DNA of 64,000 nt, taken from assembly GCA_963751275.1 (NCBI GenBank), contig CAVVTZ010000009.1:192001-256000 (forward strand), written 5' to 3'. A program made the translations under genes and the position numbers. How positions within the stretch are numbered: the first letter of the stretch is position 1; each line of letters starts with the position of its first letter. The notes under the pieces are model-generated. The model was not told the DNA's origin. It made no database searches and was given only the letters and a program-made list of their open reading frames with translations. Positions 41,619-51,966 of the stretch are shown here, in pieces. Origin of the DNA: an uncultured Gemmatimonadaceae bacterium (lineage in GTDB: Bacteria > Gemmatimonadota > Gemmatimonadetes > Gemmatimonadales > Gemmatimonadaceae).

Positions 41619-42652
41619 TACGACACTCGGTCGGCTCGATCGCTGTGTCGCTCGCCCTCGCGGCGCCCGCCCACGCGCAGATCGTGCACACCGACCAGCC
41701 GAGCGGCACGTCGGAATTATTGATCGCCGTGAGCCCGGTGAGCGACAAGGTCGTGTGGGTGAGCGGGCAGCACGGGACGTGGCTGCGCAGCACCGACGGC
41801 GGCGCGCACTGGCAGGTCGGGCACGTGCCCGGCGCCGATTCGCTCCAGTTCCGCGACGTGCACGCGGTGGATGCGAACACGGCCTATCTGCTCAGCATCG
41901 GCAACGGCTCGCAGTCGCGCATCTACAAGACCACCGACGCCGGCAAGCACTGGAGGCTGCAGATCACGAACACCGATTCGGCGGGTTTCTACGACTGCAT
42001 GGATTTCTGGGACCCGAAGCGCGGCGTGGCGGTGGGCGACGCGGTGGCCGGGCAGATAGTGATACTCACTACTATTGATGGTGGCGCCCACTGGAACCGC
42101 GTGCGCGCGTCGGCCCTGCCGGCGGCGCTGCTGAATGAGGGAAGCTTCGCCGCCAGCGGCACCTGTCTCGTCACTCAGCCGGGCGGCCACGCATGGATCG
42201 TCTCCAGCAACGCGCAGCAGGCGCGGTTGCTGCACACCGCGGATTTCGGCCGGTCGTGGCAGCTGGAGCCGCTGCCGATCACGACGCACTCGGGCTCCGG
42301 ACCGCAGTCGATCAGCTTCCGCGATCCGGAGAATGGCGCGGTGTTCGCCGGCGGCGCCGCGGTGTTGCCGAGCGATGAGCTCGTGGCCATTACCGTGGAT
42401 GGCGGCGCGCACTGGACGGCGCGCACGTCGCCCGACTTCAAACAGGGCCTCTGGGCGGGCGTGTACGTGCCGGGCGCGAACCCGACCGCGATCGTCGCGG
42501 TGGGCCCCGACGGTGCGGCGTACTCGCGAGACGACGGCATGACGTGGATCGCGATCGACAGCTTCGATTACTGGTCGGTGGGCATGGCCTCCCCGCGCGC
42601 CGGCTGGGCGGTGGGTGCGAAGGGACGGATCACCAAGTTGTCGGGCTTCTGA
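41615..42652 (+). CDS. BNR/Asp-box beta-propeller protein (Ycf48-like)
   Basis: Repeated T-x-D-G-G-x-x-W boxes; signal peptide. Confidence 0.85.
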   Translation: MIRHSVGSIAVSLALAAPAHAQIVHTDQPSGTSELLIAVSPVSDKVVWVSGQHGTWLRSTDGGAHWQVGHVPGADSLQFRDVHAVDANTAYLLSIGNGSQSRIYKTTDAGKHWRLQITNTDSAGFYDCMDFWDPKRGVAVGDAVAGQIVILTTIDGGAHWNRVRASALPAALLNEGSFAASGTCLVTQPGGHAWIVSSNAQQARLLHTADFGRSWQLEPLPITTHSGSGPQSISFRDPENGAVFAGGAAVLPSDELVAITVDGGAHWTARTSPDFKQGLWAGVYVPGANPTAIVAVGPDGAAYSRDDGMTWIAIDSFDYWSVGMASPRAGWAVGAKGRITKLSGF

Positions 42653-42678
42653 GCATCTCTCTCGCAGCGAGGGGCACC

Positions 42679-43167
42679 ATGCATCTGCATCCGATCGTTG
42701 GCGCCGCGCTCCTTCTTGCCGCGGCCTGCGCACCCGCGGCGCCGTCCAAGCCCGGGCTCCCGCCGGTCACGAAGGAGGACGGCGATCGCGTCGCCCGGGA
42801 GATGGCCGCCGACGGCTCCCGCCTCGACGTACCCGCGCTCGTGAAGTTCATACCGCGAACGGACCGCATTGTGTATGTGAGCGACACGAACCCGATCAGC
42901 GGCAACGCCTACGCCAAGGAGATCGGCGACTTCTACAAGACGCTGAGCAAGCTCGACTACCACTGGGACAGCCTGCAATCACTCCCGATCAGCGACAACG
43001 CCGTGATCGTGACGGGCTGGGCGAGCATCACGACGGTCCCGCTCAAGGGAAGAACGGAATCGGTGCGCGCGATCGTGACCAGCGTCTACGTTCGCGATTC
43101 CACCGGCTGGAAGCGCGTGATCTCGCACAAGACCACCATCCCGCCGCCGAAGGCCGGTGGGAAGTAG
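42679..43167 (+). CDS. NTF2-like lipoprotein
   Basis: LLLAAAC lipobox; TSVYVR...GWK..ISH. Confidence 0.7.
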   Translation: MHLHPIVGAALLLAAACAPAAPSKPGLPPVTKEDGDRVAREMAADGSRLDVPALVKFIPRTDRIVYVSDTNPISGNAYAKEIGDFYKTLSKLDYHWDSLQSLPISDNAVIVTGWASITTVPLKGRTESVRAIVTSVYVRDSTGWKRVISHKTTIPPPKAGGK

Positions 43168-43180
43168 GAAAGTCGAACCA

Positions 43181-43385
43181 CAACAGCTTGTACGCGGATC
43201 GCGCGGAGTCCGCGGATGACGCGGAACGCTCCCGGTGGCGGATCGGCGCATCGAGCGATCGCAAGCGATCGTATTTGTTGTTAACAACAAATTCAGGTCG
43301 TCGCCGCGACTCGTCGGCCGCGGATCGCCGCGCGGAGCACTCCGCGTGTTCGGAGGATTCCGCGTGGTCCGCGTACAAGCCGTTG
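43181..43385. repeat. Core-arm palindromic element, copy G
   Basis: CGGA at 43195, 43204, 43213, 43222; perfect 20-bp core ATTTGTTGTTAACAACAAAT at 43273-43292. Confidence 0.93.
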
Positions 43386-43430
43386 CTGTTAATGTTTGTG
43401 TAGCGGCGCCATGAGCCTGAGCACTCGACG

Positions 43431-44234
43431 ATGAGTTTCCTCTCCAATATCGGCCACGAGTTCCTCAAGAAGTTCGCCGACCAGTTCCAGGTGCGGTTGC
43501 CCACGGAGCCGATTCCGGCGTCGTGGCCGGCGATCGTCGCGAAGAACGTGCCGCTCAGCCGCGCGCTCGGCGACGCGGAGCGCGAGCGGCTGCTGCGGAT
43601 CGCGCAACTGTTGATTCGCGAGGTGCCCTTCGAAGGGTGCAAGGGGCTCGAGATCACCGAGGAGATCCGGGTCACGATCGCCGCGACCGCCGCGATGCTG
43701 TTGGTGCGGCGGTCGTTCCCCAAATTCCTGCGCCTCGAGCGCATCCTCGTATACCCCGATTCGTTCGTGGCGCTGCGCGTGCGCGATCATCGGAGCCTCG
43801 ACGTCGTGCGGGAGGAGCATGGGCTCGAAGGCGAGGCCTGGGGCGACGGCATCGTGGTCATCGCGTGGGGCGATGTGGTCGCGGCCGCGTCGCCCACACC
43901 GCCGCACGGCAACGTCGCGCTCCACGAGTTCGCACACCTCCTCGATTTCGAAGACGGCTCGGCGGACGGCACGCCGCTCCTCGAGAGTGCGGGCGCGCGC
44001 TCGAGATGGCGCGCCATATTCCAGCGCGAGTTCGAGCAGCTCGAGAAGGACATCGAGGCCGACCGGCCCGCGACGCTGAATGACTACGCGGCCACGAACC
44101 TCGCCGAGTTCTTCGCGGTCGCCACCGAGACCTACTTCCTCGAGCCGGACCGCCTGCGCGCGGGACGCCCCGATCTCTTCACCCAGCTCGATCGCTTCTA
44201 CCGGCCCGGCGCTGGCAATGCGTTCCCGGGGTAG
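43431..44234 (+). CDS. M90 family zinc peptidase (MtfA-like)
   Basis: FEGCKGLEIT, ILVYP, HEFAH.LD..DG.ADG.P, YAATN.AEFFAV.TE. Confidence 0.9.
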   Translation: MSFLSNIGHEFLKKFADQFQVRLPTEPIPASWPAIVAKNVPLSRALGDAERERLLRIAQLLIREVPFEGCKGLEITEEIRVTIAATAAMLLVRRSFPKFLRLERILVYPDSFVALRVRDHRSLDVVREEHGLEGEAWGDGIVVIAWGDVVAAASPTPPHGNVALHEFAHLLDFEDGSADGTPLLESAGARSRWRAIFQREFEQLEKDIEADRPATLNDYAATNLAEFFAVATETYFLEPDRLRAGRPDLFTQLDRFYRPGAGNAFPG

Positions 44235-44278
44235 CTATGGTAAGCATGCAGCGCATCCCTCGCACTTCGGAGGATCCC

Positions 44279-44890
44279 ATGTCGAATACCATACGCCAGA
44301 CGCGCCTCTTCGCCCTGGCCGGCGTGATCACTTTCGCCGCGGCAGCCGCCGCGGCGCAGGCGGCGCCAGCGTCGACGGCGCCGACGCCGCACACCGTCAC
44401 GTGCGGCGATGGCACCACTGATAACTCGGCCGTCAAGTCTCCCTGCAGCGGGCACGGCGGCGTGAAGAAGAATGCGCAGCCGAAGCCGGCTCACGTCCCA
44501 TCGACGGCGGCTGCCAGCGCCGCGGCCGCGGCACCACCGACGAAGATCATGACGCCGACGAAGGTCTATGATCCGGCCGCCGGCGGCGTCGGCAATACGG
44601 CGGTGGAAAAGGAAGGCCAGATGAACAAGGCCGCCGGCGGCATCGGCAATACGACGGTGCAGAAGGAGGGGCAGATGAATAAAACGGCCGGCGGCGTCGG
44701 CACGACTGAAGTCGTCAAGATGAATTCTGCGGCCGCCGGCGGCGTCGGCCAGACGCAGGTCATTAAGGGGGACGCCTCCGTGAAGTGCAAGGACGGCACC
44801 TACTCCGCGAAGGCGGCGCACGCCAAGGACCAATGCGTGAACCATGGCGGCGTATCGATGACCGGCGGCACCAAGACGACGCCCCCCTGA
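44279..44890 (+). CDS. Secreted protein: two DUF3761-like modules around AGGxG repeats
   Basis: GGAGG RBS, signal peptide; CGDGT...CSGHGGV and CKDGT...CVNHGGV; four AGG(V/I)GxT repeats. Confidence 0.75.
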   Translation: MSNTIRQTRLFALAGVITFAAAAAAAQAAPASTAPTPHTVTCGDGTTDNSAVKSPCSGHGGVKKNAQPKPAHVPSTAAASAAAAAPPTKIMTPTKVYDPAAGGVGNTAVEKEGQMNKAAGGIGNTTVQKEGQMNKTAGGVGTTEVVKMNSAAAGGVGQTQVIKGDASVKCKDGTYSAKAAHAKDQCVNHGGVSMTGGTKTTPP

Positions 44891-45423
44891 CCTCCTTCCG
44901 CATCCGCCGTGGCACCGTTGCCGATGCCGCGGCGCTCGCGGCCTTCGCCGCGCGCACCTTCGCCGAGACGTTCGGCCCCGACAATGATCCGGCCGATCTG
45001 GCCGCGCATCTCGCCGAGTCGTACGGCGTGCCGCAGCAGTCGAAGGAGCTCGCCGATCCCACACAGGTCTTCCTGGTCGCCGAGCACGACGGCGCGATCG
45101 CCGGCTTCGCGCAATTGCGCACCAAGCCGCCGCCGCCCTGCGTCACCGGCGAGGCGCCGGTGGAGATCGCGCGTTTCTACGTGGACCGTCCTCACCACGG
45201 CACCGGACTCGCGCAGCAACTGATGGCCGCCACGCGCGCGACCGCCGTCGATATGGGCGGCCGCACGCTCTGGCTCGGTGTGTGGGAGCGCAACCCGCGC
45301 GCCATCGCGTACTACGCCAAGAGCGGCTTGCGTGACGTCGGTTCGGCTGATTTCTTCGTCGGGCCGGACCGGCAGACGGATCGCATCATGGCCGGCCCGC
45401 TCGATCCCCCCACACGAGGATGA
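44887..45423 (+). CDS. GNAT acetyltransferase (PaiA-like); start non-canonical or uncertain
   Basis: TFAETFG, EIARFYV...HGTGLA, LWLGVWERNPRAI. Confidence 0.85.
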   Translation: MTSFRIRRGTVADAAALAAFAARTFAETFGPDNDPADLAAHLAESYGVPQQSKELADPTQVFLVAEHDGAIAGFAQLRTKPPPPCVTGEAPVEIARFYVDRPHHGTGLAQQLMAATRATAVDMGGRTLWLGVWERNPRAIAYYAKSGLRDVGSADFFVGPDRQTDRIMAGPLDPPTRG

Positions 45424-45424
45424 C

Positions 45425-45835
45425 ATGAAGGCCACGCTGCTGTATCGCATCGCGTCGGTCGCGCTCGTGCTGTTCTGCGCCGGCCACACCTTCGGCTTCC
45501 CGCGCTTCAAGCCGCCGACCGCCGAGGGGATCGCCGTGCGCGACAGCATGAAGAGCGTGATGATGCAGGTGGGCGGCAAGCAGTACAGTTACGCGGGCTT
45601 CTACTACGGATTCGGTTACTACATCACCGCGTACCTTCTCTTTTCAGCGCTCCTCGCGTGGCAATTCGGCACCCTCGCCGCGAGCGATCCGCAGGCGATC
45701 GGCATACTCGGCTGGGCCTTCGCTGCGCTGCAGGGTGCGGGACTCGTGCTCAGTTGGCTGTACTTCTTTCCGATAACGGCCGCGTTCTCCGCCGTCGTAT
45801 TCGTGCTAACCGCATGGGCGGCCTTCCTGTTGTAG
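45425..45835 (+). CDS. Small four-TM membrane protein
   Basis: GAGG RBS, GHT.G, FY.GFG, hydrophobic helices. Confidence 0.72.
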   Translation: MKATLLYRIASVALVLFCAGHTFGFPRFKPPTAEGIAVRDSMKSVMMQVGGKQYSYAGFYYGFGYYITAYLLFSALLAWQFGTLAASDPQAIGILGWAFAALQGAGLVLSWLYFFPITAAFSAVVFVLTAWAAFLL

Positions 45836-45839
45836 CGAC

Positions 45840-45929
45840 CATCGTGTTGATCATGTTCATCCTGTCCAAAGCAGTCACGACAGACGAACGGCAAGAACAT
45901 TTGACAGGATGAACATGATGGACATGATC
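45840..45929. repeat. Back-to-back CAGGATGAACATGATG-family arms
   Basis: ATCATGTTCATCCTGTC ... GACAGGATGAACATGAT. Confidence 0.85.
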
Positions 45930-45982
45930 GAGCCGTACTGCACGCTCCTGGCAGGATCATCTCTCTATATGGAGTTGGCACC

Positions 45983-48900
45983 ATGAAGCCGTTCGCACCG
46001 ACTATGCGCCATCCGGTGATCACGATATACGCTTCGTTCATCATATTGTGCCTCGCCGCCGCGCCGATCGCGGCGCAAACGAAGCTCCTCAGATTCCCCG
46101 ACGTCCACGGCGACAAAGTCGTCTTCACGTACGCGGGCGATCTGTGGACCGCTTCGACGTCCGGCGGCACCGCAACGCGGCTCACCGCACATCCCGGCCT
46201 CGAACTCTTCGCGAAATTCTCGCCCGACGGGAAATGGATCGCCTTCACCGGCCAGTACGACGGCGACGAGCAGGTGTACGTGATCCCCGCCGGCGGCGGC
46301 GTGCCCAAGCAGCTCACCTTCTACCCCGCGCACGGCCCGCTCACGCGAGCGCTGGGGCTACGACAACCAGGTGTATGGCTGGACGCCCGACGGCAAGCGC
46401 ATCGTCTATCGCAGTCCTGCGCGCCAGCTGGACGCTCGGCACGAACCGCCTGTTCACCGTGCCCGCCGAGGGCGGCGCCTCGGTGCCGCTCCCGATGCCG
46501 ATGGCCGGCTCCGGTTCGATACTCGCCCGACGGCAAGCAGATGGTCTACTCGCCGCTCTTCCGCGATTTCCGCTCGGAGAAGCGCTACGGCGGCGGGCAG
46601 GCGAACCGTCTCTGGATCTTCGATTTCGCGACGAATACGGCGAAGCCGATCACCGAGGGTCCGCGCGCCGAGCGCGATCGAGATGTGGATCGGCAACACG
46701 ATCTACTACAACACCGACAAGACGGGCACGTTCAACATCTGGTCGTACGACGTGGCCAGCGGCGCACGCAAGCAGATCACGCAGAGCACGAAGTGGGATA
46801 CGCGCTGGCCGAGCCGCGGCGACGAGGGCCGGATCATCTACGAGAGCGCGGGCGAGCTGCAGCTGCTCGACACGAAGACGGGGAAGTCCACGCCGATTTC
46901 GATCACCGTGCCTGACGATGGCCTTGCCTCGCGTCCTTCGCACATCTCGGCGGCGAACAATGTCGAGTGGTACGCGCTGAGTCCCAAGGGCGAGCGCGCG
47001 GTGTTCGCGGCGCGCGGCGACATCTTCACCGTGCCCGCGGAGAAGGGCCCGACGCGCAATCTCACGAACTCGTCGAACGCGCACGACCGCGACGCGCGCT
47101 GGTCGCCGAACGGGAAGGAGATCGCGTTCATTTCGGATCAATCGGGCGAGGAGCAGATCTGGGTGGTGGCACAGGACGGCAGCAGCAAGCCGCAGCAGCT
47201 CACCACCACGCTCAAGGCGCGGCTCTCCGCGCCGGGTTGGTCGGCGGATGGCAAGAGCCTCGCCCTCGGCGACATCTACGGCCGCGTGTACGTGCTCGAC
47301 CGCGCCAGTAAGAAGCTCACCGAGATCGCCCACGATCCGCGGAACCCGGTCACCGACTACGTCTGGTCGCCGCGCGGGAATTTCCTCGCGTTCACGCTCA
47401 CGGGGATGGATGGCGAGCAGTCGGTGTACGTGTGGGGCGCGGGCGACGGCAAAGTGCACGCGGTCACGGGCCATCCCTTCAGCGAGTACGATCCGGCGTG
47501 GGATCCGGACGGCAACTACCTCTACTTCCTGAGCGACCGCGAGTACCAGCCGCTCATCTCGAAGTTCGAGTTCAACTACGCGGTGGCGCGCACGACGGGG
47601 ATCTTCGCCGTCACGCTGCGGAAGGACGTGAAGAATCCCTTCCCGATGGAGAGCGACGAAGTCTCGACCGGCCCCGACACCGCGGCGAAGCCCGACTCCG
47701 GGAAGATGGCCAAGATGAGCAAGGACTCCTCGAACGCGCTGAACAAGACCGCCCTCACGATCGATTTCGACGGCATCGAGAACCGCGTGACGCGCGTGCC
47801 GGTGGACGCCGACAACATCGGCGGGCTCAACGCCAAGAAGGGGTCGCTCATCTATCTCGTCTACGGCAATCCGTACTACGGCCGCGAGAGCGACCGGAAG
47901 ACCGCGCTCAAGATCTTCGCCCTCAAGGACCGCAAGGAGAACATCCTCGACGACGACGTGAACGGCTACGAACTCTCGGCCGACGGGAACAAGATCCTCC
48001 TCTCGTCGAGCGGCGCGTACCAGATGATCGACGCGAGCGTGGGCGGCGGCGTCGTCCAAGAAGACCGTCTCCACCGCGGGCCTCATGGTGGACCGCGTTC
48101 CCTCGCAGGAGTACGCGCAGATCTTCAACGAGGTGTGGCGGCGCTATCGCGACTTCTTCTACGTGCAGAACATGCACGGCTACGACTGGGACGCGCTGCA
48201 CGACCAGTACGCGCCGCTCCTGAAGTACGTGCAGCACCGGTCGGATCTGAACTACGTGATCGCCGAGATGATCGCGGAGCTGAGCATCCAGCACGCATAC
48301 ATCGCGGGCGGCGACTGGCAGCGGCCGCCGCGCCCGGGCGTCGCGCTGCCGGGCGCGGTGTTCAGCGTGGATTCCGCGAGCCGGGCGCTATCGCATCGCC
48401 ACGATCTATCCCGGCCAGAACGAGGAACCGTGGTACCGTTCGCCGCTCACCGAGGTGGGCGTGGACGCGTCGGCGGGCGAGTACGTGCTCACGATCAATG
48501 GGCAGGATCTCACGGCATCCACCGACATCTACGAGATGCTCCGCTATAAGGCCGACCGACCGGTGGAGCTCACGCTCGCGAGGACGGCCAAGGGCGACGG
48601 CAGCCACACTACCAGCTACCATCCGATCCGCGCGGAGGACGATCTCGTCTACTTCACCTGGGTGCAGGGCAACCGGCATCGCGTGGACTCGGCCACCGGC
48701 GGCAGGATCGCGTACCTGCACATTCCCGACATGGGCTCCGATGGGATCCGCGAGTTCATCAAGTGGTATTATCCGCAGCTCCGGAAGGAGGGGATGATCG
48801 TCGACGTGCGTGCGAACGGCGGCGGCAACGTCTCGCAGATGCTCATCGAGCGGCTGCAGCTCACCGTGCTCGCCACGGAATTTTCGCGGACCGATTCCGG

Positions 48901-49309
48901 GACGGGGGTGTACCCGAGCGCGGCGTTCCTCGGGCCGAAGGTCGCGATCCTTGATGAACGGTCGAGCTCCGACGGCGACATCTTCCCCGCGATGTTCAAG
49001 GCGGCGAAGATCGGCCCGCTCATCGGCAAGCGGTCATGGGGCGGCGTGGTCGGCATCACCGATCACGGCCAGCTGATCGACGGCGGCAGCGTGAACGTGC
49101 CCGAGTCGGCCACCGCGAGCGCGAAGGGGCAGTGGATCATCGAAGGCCACGGCGTGGATCCGGACATCGAAGTGGAGAACGACCCCGCGTCGCTCATCGC
49201 GGGACGCGATCCGCAGCTCGAGCGCGCGATCTCGGAAGTGATGACCATGCTCAAGACCAATCCGGGCATTTTGCCGAAGCGGCCGCCGGATCGGGTGAAG
49301 ACGCATTGA
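45983..49309 (+). CDS. Tricorn-type S41 protease, multiply frameshifted
   Basis: [18 protein letters not shown] repeats, [46 protein letters not shown]. Confidence 0.92.
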
Positions 49310-49396
49310 CGTGCCGCGTGCCTCGTGCCGCGTGCCTCGCCAATCGAGGGGCGCGGCACGAGGCACGCGGCACCAGGCACGCGGAACCCCGCACGC
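49309..49396. repeat. Heptamer-based hairpin (GTGCCTC/GAGGCAC family)
   Basis: (GTGCC[G/T]C)4 followed by ([G/C]xGGCAC)n. Confidence 0.85.
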
Positions 49397-49461
49397 TTTT
49401 CTTCACGATTCCTGCACACCTCGCCTCTCCCCGCGAGGCGCGAGGAGCTCCAGCTTCAAGC

Positions 49462-51156
49462 ATGGCAAGGTCCGCGCGTCGCGTCCTCTGGCTCGAGCTC
49501 CTTCTCGTCGGGGCGCTGGTGTCCGTCGCGCTCATCCTGGCCCAGACTTACCGCGCCGCCACGTCCAACCGCGGGGTCACGGAGGGAGCGCTACGCGACT
49601 ACGCCGGCTTCGCGGCGTGGAGTTATCGCGAGCACCTGATCATGCAGTTGCGCCAGGCCATCGACGAAGTGCTCGGCCCGGTGAATCACGGTGACGGCCT
49701 GCACATGGGCCTCGGTGTCCCCAATGCCTCGGACCTCGTGCACTATCTCCGCTGGGATGACAAGTGCAAGTGCCACGTTCCACGGCGCGGACCGAGCCCG
49801 CTCCACTTCTACGCCTTCGCACTCGGCAGCGACTCGCTCGCCATCGCGGTGAACCGCGCTCCGGCCGGATCCCCCGGATGGCTCATCGACCCGCCGGCCG
49901 GCCAGCCAATGCGTGAGCGCGCGCCGGACCACGCGACGGGCGACGCGGCCTGGATCAACGCGATGCTGAGCGAGACCGCGCGCCGTACGCCGCGCTCGCC
50001 CTGGGGTTACGATCTCATCGTCACACCCCATGACGGCGTGCCGCGCGTGCTCGCGTCGCGCTCCATGCCCACGGCCTGGGGCGACACGATCGTGTACGCC
50101 CTCGAGTACGATCGCGCTGCCGTCGCCGCCACGCTCGGCCGGGTGCTCTCCGAGAGCGATCTGCTCCCGCCGTCGCTCGTGACGGCGCACGCCGGCAGCG
50201 GCGCCATCGATCTCGAAGTGACGGATGTGAACGGCGATGTGCTCTTCCGCACGAACGATCGCATCGATTGGCGCCAGTCCTCCGAATCGCAGCTGCCGGC
50301 CGACTATGGCGGGCTCCGCGTGCGCGCCCAGCTCCATCCGCGTCTCGCCAGCGCGCTGCTCATCGGTGGCACGCCGAAGTCCCGCGTGCCACTCCTGTTG
50401 GTACTCCTCGCCCTGGCGGTCGGGCTCACGGTGTTCGCCGGGGTGTTGCTGCGGCGGGAAGTGCGGTTCGCCGCCGAGCGCGCCGATTTCGTCGCGAGCG
50501 TGTCGCACGAATTGCGCACGCCGCTCACGCAGGTGCGGCTCGTGCTCGACACGCTCCGTCTCGGGCGCGAAGGGGATGCGACCGCGCGCGACTCGGCGCT
50601 CGGCATCGCCGATCGCGAAGTGCTCCGGCTCCAGCACCTGGTGGAGGGTGTGCTGCGATTCACGCGAGGCCCGCGCAAGGATGGCTCGCCGCGCGTGAGC
50701 GGCGATGTGCTCGCCGAGACGCGCGTAGTGGTGCGGGAGTTCGCCCCGCTCGCCGAGCCGAAGGGCGTCACCGTGTGCGTCGAGGGGGAAGGCGTGGTGG
50801 CCGCCGCGATGCAGCAGGGGGCGCTGCGGCAGCTGCTGCTGAATCTGCTGGATAACGCGGTGAAGTACGGGTGCGACCGCGGCGTGGTGACTGTCCGCGT
50901 GACGCCGCGCGACGGCGGCGGCGCGCGCATCGCCGTGTCGGACGCCGGCCCCGGCGTACCCGCGGCGGATCGCGAGAAGATCTGGCGCGCGTTCGAACGC
51001 GGCGGCGCGGCGCGCGGGCACGCGGCGGGCGGGAGCGGCATCGGCCTCACCATCGTGCGGCAGATCGCCGAGGAGCACGGCGGGCGCGCGTGGGTGGAGG
51101 AAGCGGACGGCGGCGGCGCGCGCTTCGTCGTCGAGATCGGCGCGGTGGCGGGCTGA
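49462..51156 (+). CDS. Sensor histidine kinase
   Basis: Two TMs, SHELRTPL, NLLDNAVKY, DAGPG, GSGIGL. Confidence 0.93.
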   Translation: MARSARRVLWLELLLVGALVSVALILAQTYRAATSNRGVTEGALRDYAGFAAWSYREHLIMQLRQAIDEVLGPVNHGDGLHMGLGVPNASDLVHYLRWDDKCKCHVPRRGPSPLHFYAFALGSDSLAIAVNRAPAGSPGWLIDPPAGQPMRERAPDHATGDAAWINAMLSETARRTPRSPWGYDLIVTPHDGVPRVLASRSMPTAWGDTIVYALEYDRAAVAATLGRVLSESDLLPPSLVTAHAGSGAIDLEVTDVNGDVLFRTNDRIDWRQSSESQLPADYGGLRVRAQLHPRLASALLIGGTPKSRVPLLLVLLALAVGLTVFAGVLLRREVRFAAERADFVASVSHELRTPLTQVRLVLDTLRLGREGDATARDSALGIADREVLRLQHLVEGVLRFTRGPRKDGSPRVSGDVLAETRVVVREFAPLAEPKGVTVCVEGEGVVAAAMQQGALRQLLLNLLDNAVKYGCDRGVVTVRVTPRDGGGARIAVSDAGPGVPAADREKIWRAFERGGAARGHAAGGSGIGLTIVRQIAEEHGGRAWVEEADGGGARFVVEIGAVAG

Positions 51157-51842
51157 TGCCGCGCGTGCTCGTGGTGGAGGACCAGCGCGATCTCGCGAAC
51201 CTCCTCGCGCACAACCTCAAGATCGAAGGGCTCGACGTGCGCACCGTGGAGGACGGCCGCGAGGTCATGCCGCTCGCGCGCGCGTGGCTGCCGGATCTCG
51301 TGATCCTCGACCTCATGCTCCCCGGCATGGATGGCTACGAGGTACTGCGCGCCCTGCGCGCCGTGTGGGCCGACCTGCCCGTGCTCATCCTCTCGGCGCG
51401 CGGCGAGGAGCAGGATAAGATCCGCGGATTCCGGCTGGATGCGGATCAATACGTCACCAAGCCGTTCAGTCTGCTGGAGCTGCTCGAGCGCGTGCACGCG
51501 CTGCTGCGGCGCGCCTCGCGCGAAGCGGGCGAGCCCGCCGCCGGCCTGCTGACCTTCGGCGAGGTGACCGTCGATCCATCCTCCCGCACGGTGACCCGCG
51601 CGGGCGAAACGGTGACCCTGCCGCCCAAGGCGTTCGACCTGCTCCTCTCGCTCATCCGCCGCGACGGTAAGGTCGCGACGCGGGTCGAACTGCTGCGCGA
51701 GGTCTGGGGCTACGGCCCGCTCGTGCTCTCGCGCACGGTGGACTCGCACATCGTGGAGCTGCGCCGCAAGCTCGAGGCCGATCCGGCCAATCCGCGCCAT
51801 CTCGTGACCGTCTTCAGAATGGGCTATCGCTTCGAGCGCTGA
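51156..51842 (+). CDS. OmpR-family response regulator
   Basis: VVED, LDLMLP, KPF, RTVDSHI..LRRKLE, GYRF. Confidence 0.95.
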   Translation: MPRVLVVEDQRDLANLLAHNLKIEGLDVRTVEDGREVMPLARAWLPDLVILDLMLPGMDGYEVLRALRAVWADLPVLILSARGEEQDKIRGFRLDADQYVTKPFSLLELLERVHALLRRASREAGEPAAGLLTFGEVTVDPSSRTVTRAGETVTLPPKAFDLLLSLIRRDGKVATRVELLREVWGYGPLVLSRTVDSHIVELRRKLEADPANPRHLVTVFRMGYRFER

Positions 51843-51855
51843 CCCCGCGCGCATC

Positions 51856-51873
51856 ACAACTCCTGAACAACTC
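51856..51873 (+). promoter_or_regulatory. Candidate OmpR-type tandem binding site
   Basis: ACAACTC at 51856 and 51867 (11-bp period), upstream of the sulfurtransferase operon. Confidence 0.4.
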
Positions 51874-51966
51874 GCGCACCGGAACGCCACCACTGAGCGG
51901 CGACCTCCCGCCATCGTACGCGCAGTCTCGAGGCACAAGGCACCCGGCACGAGGCACCGACCCTCA

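Noticed and set aside
2760..43385. Core-arm elements as a CRISPR array
   Set aside because: Copies are dispersed and inverted rather than tandem direct repeats, and no cas genes are present.
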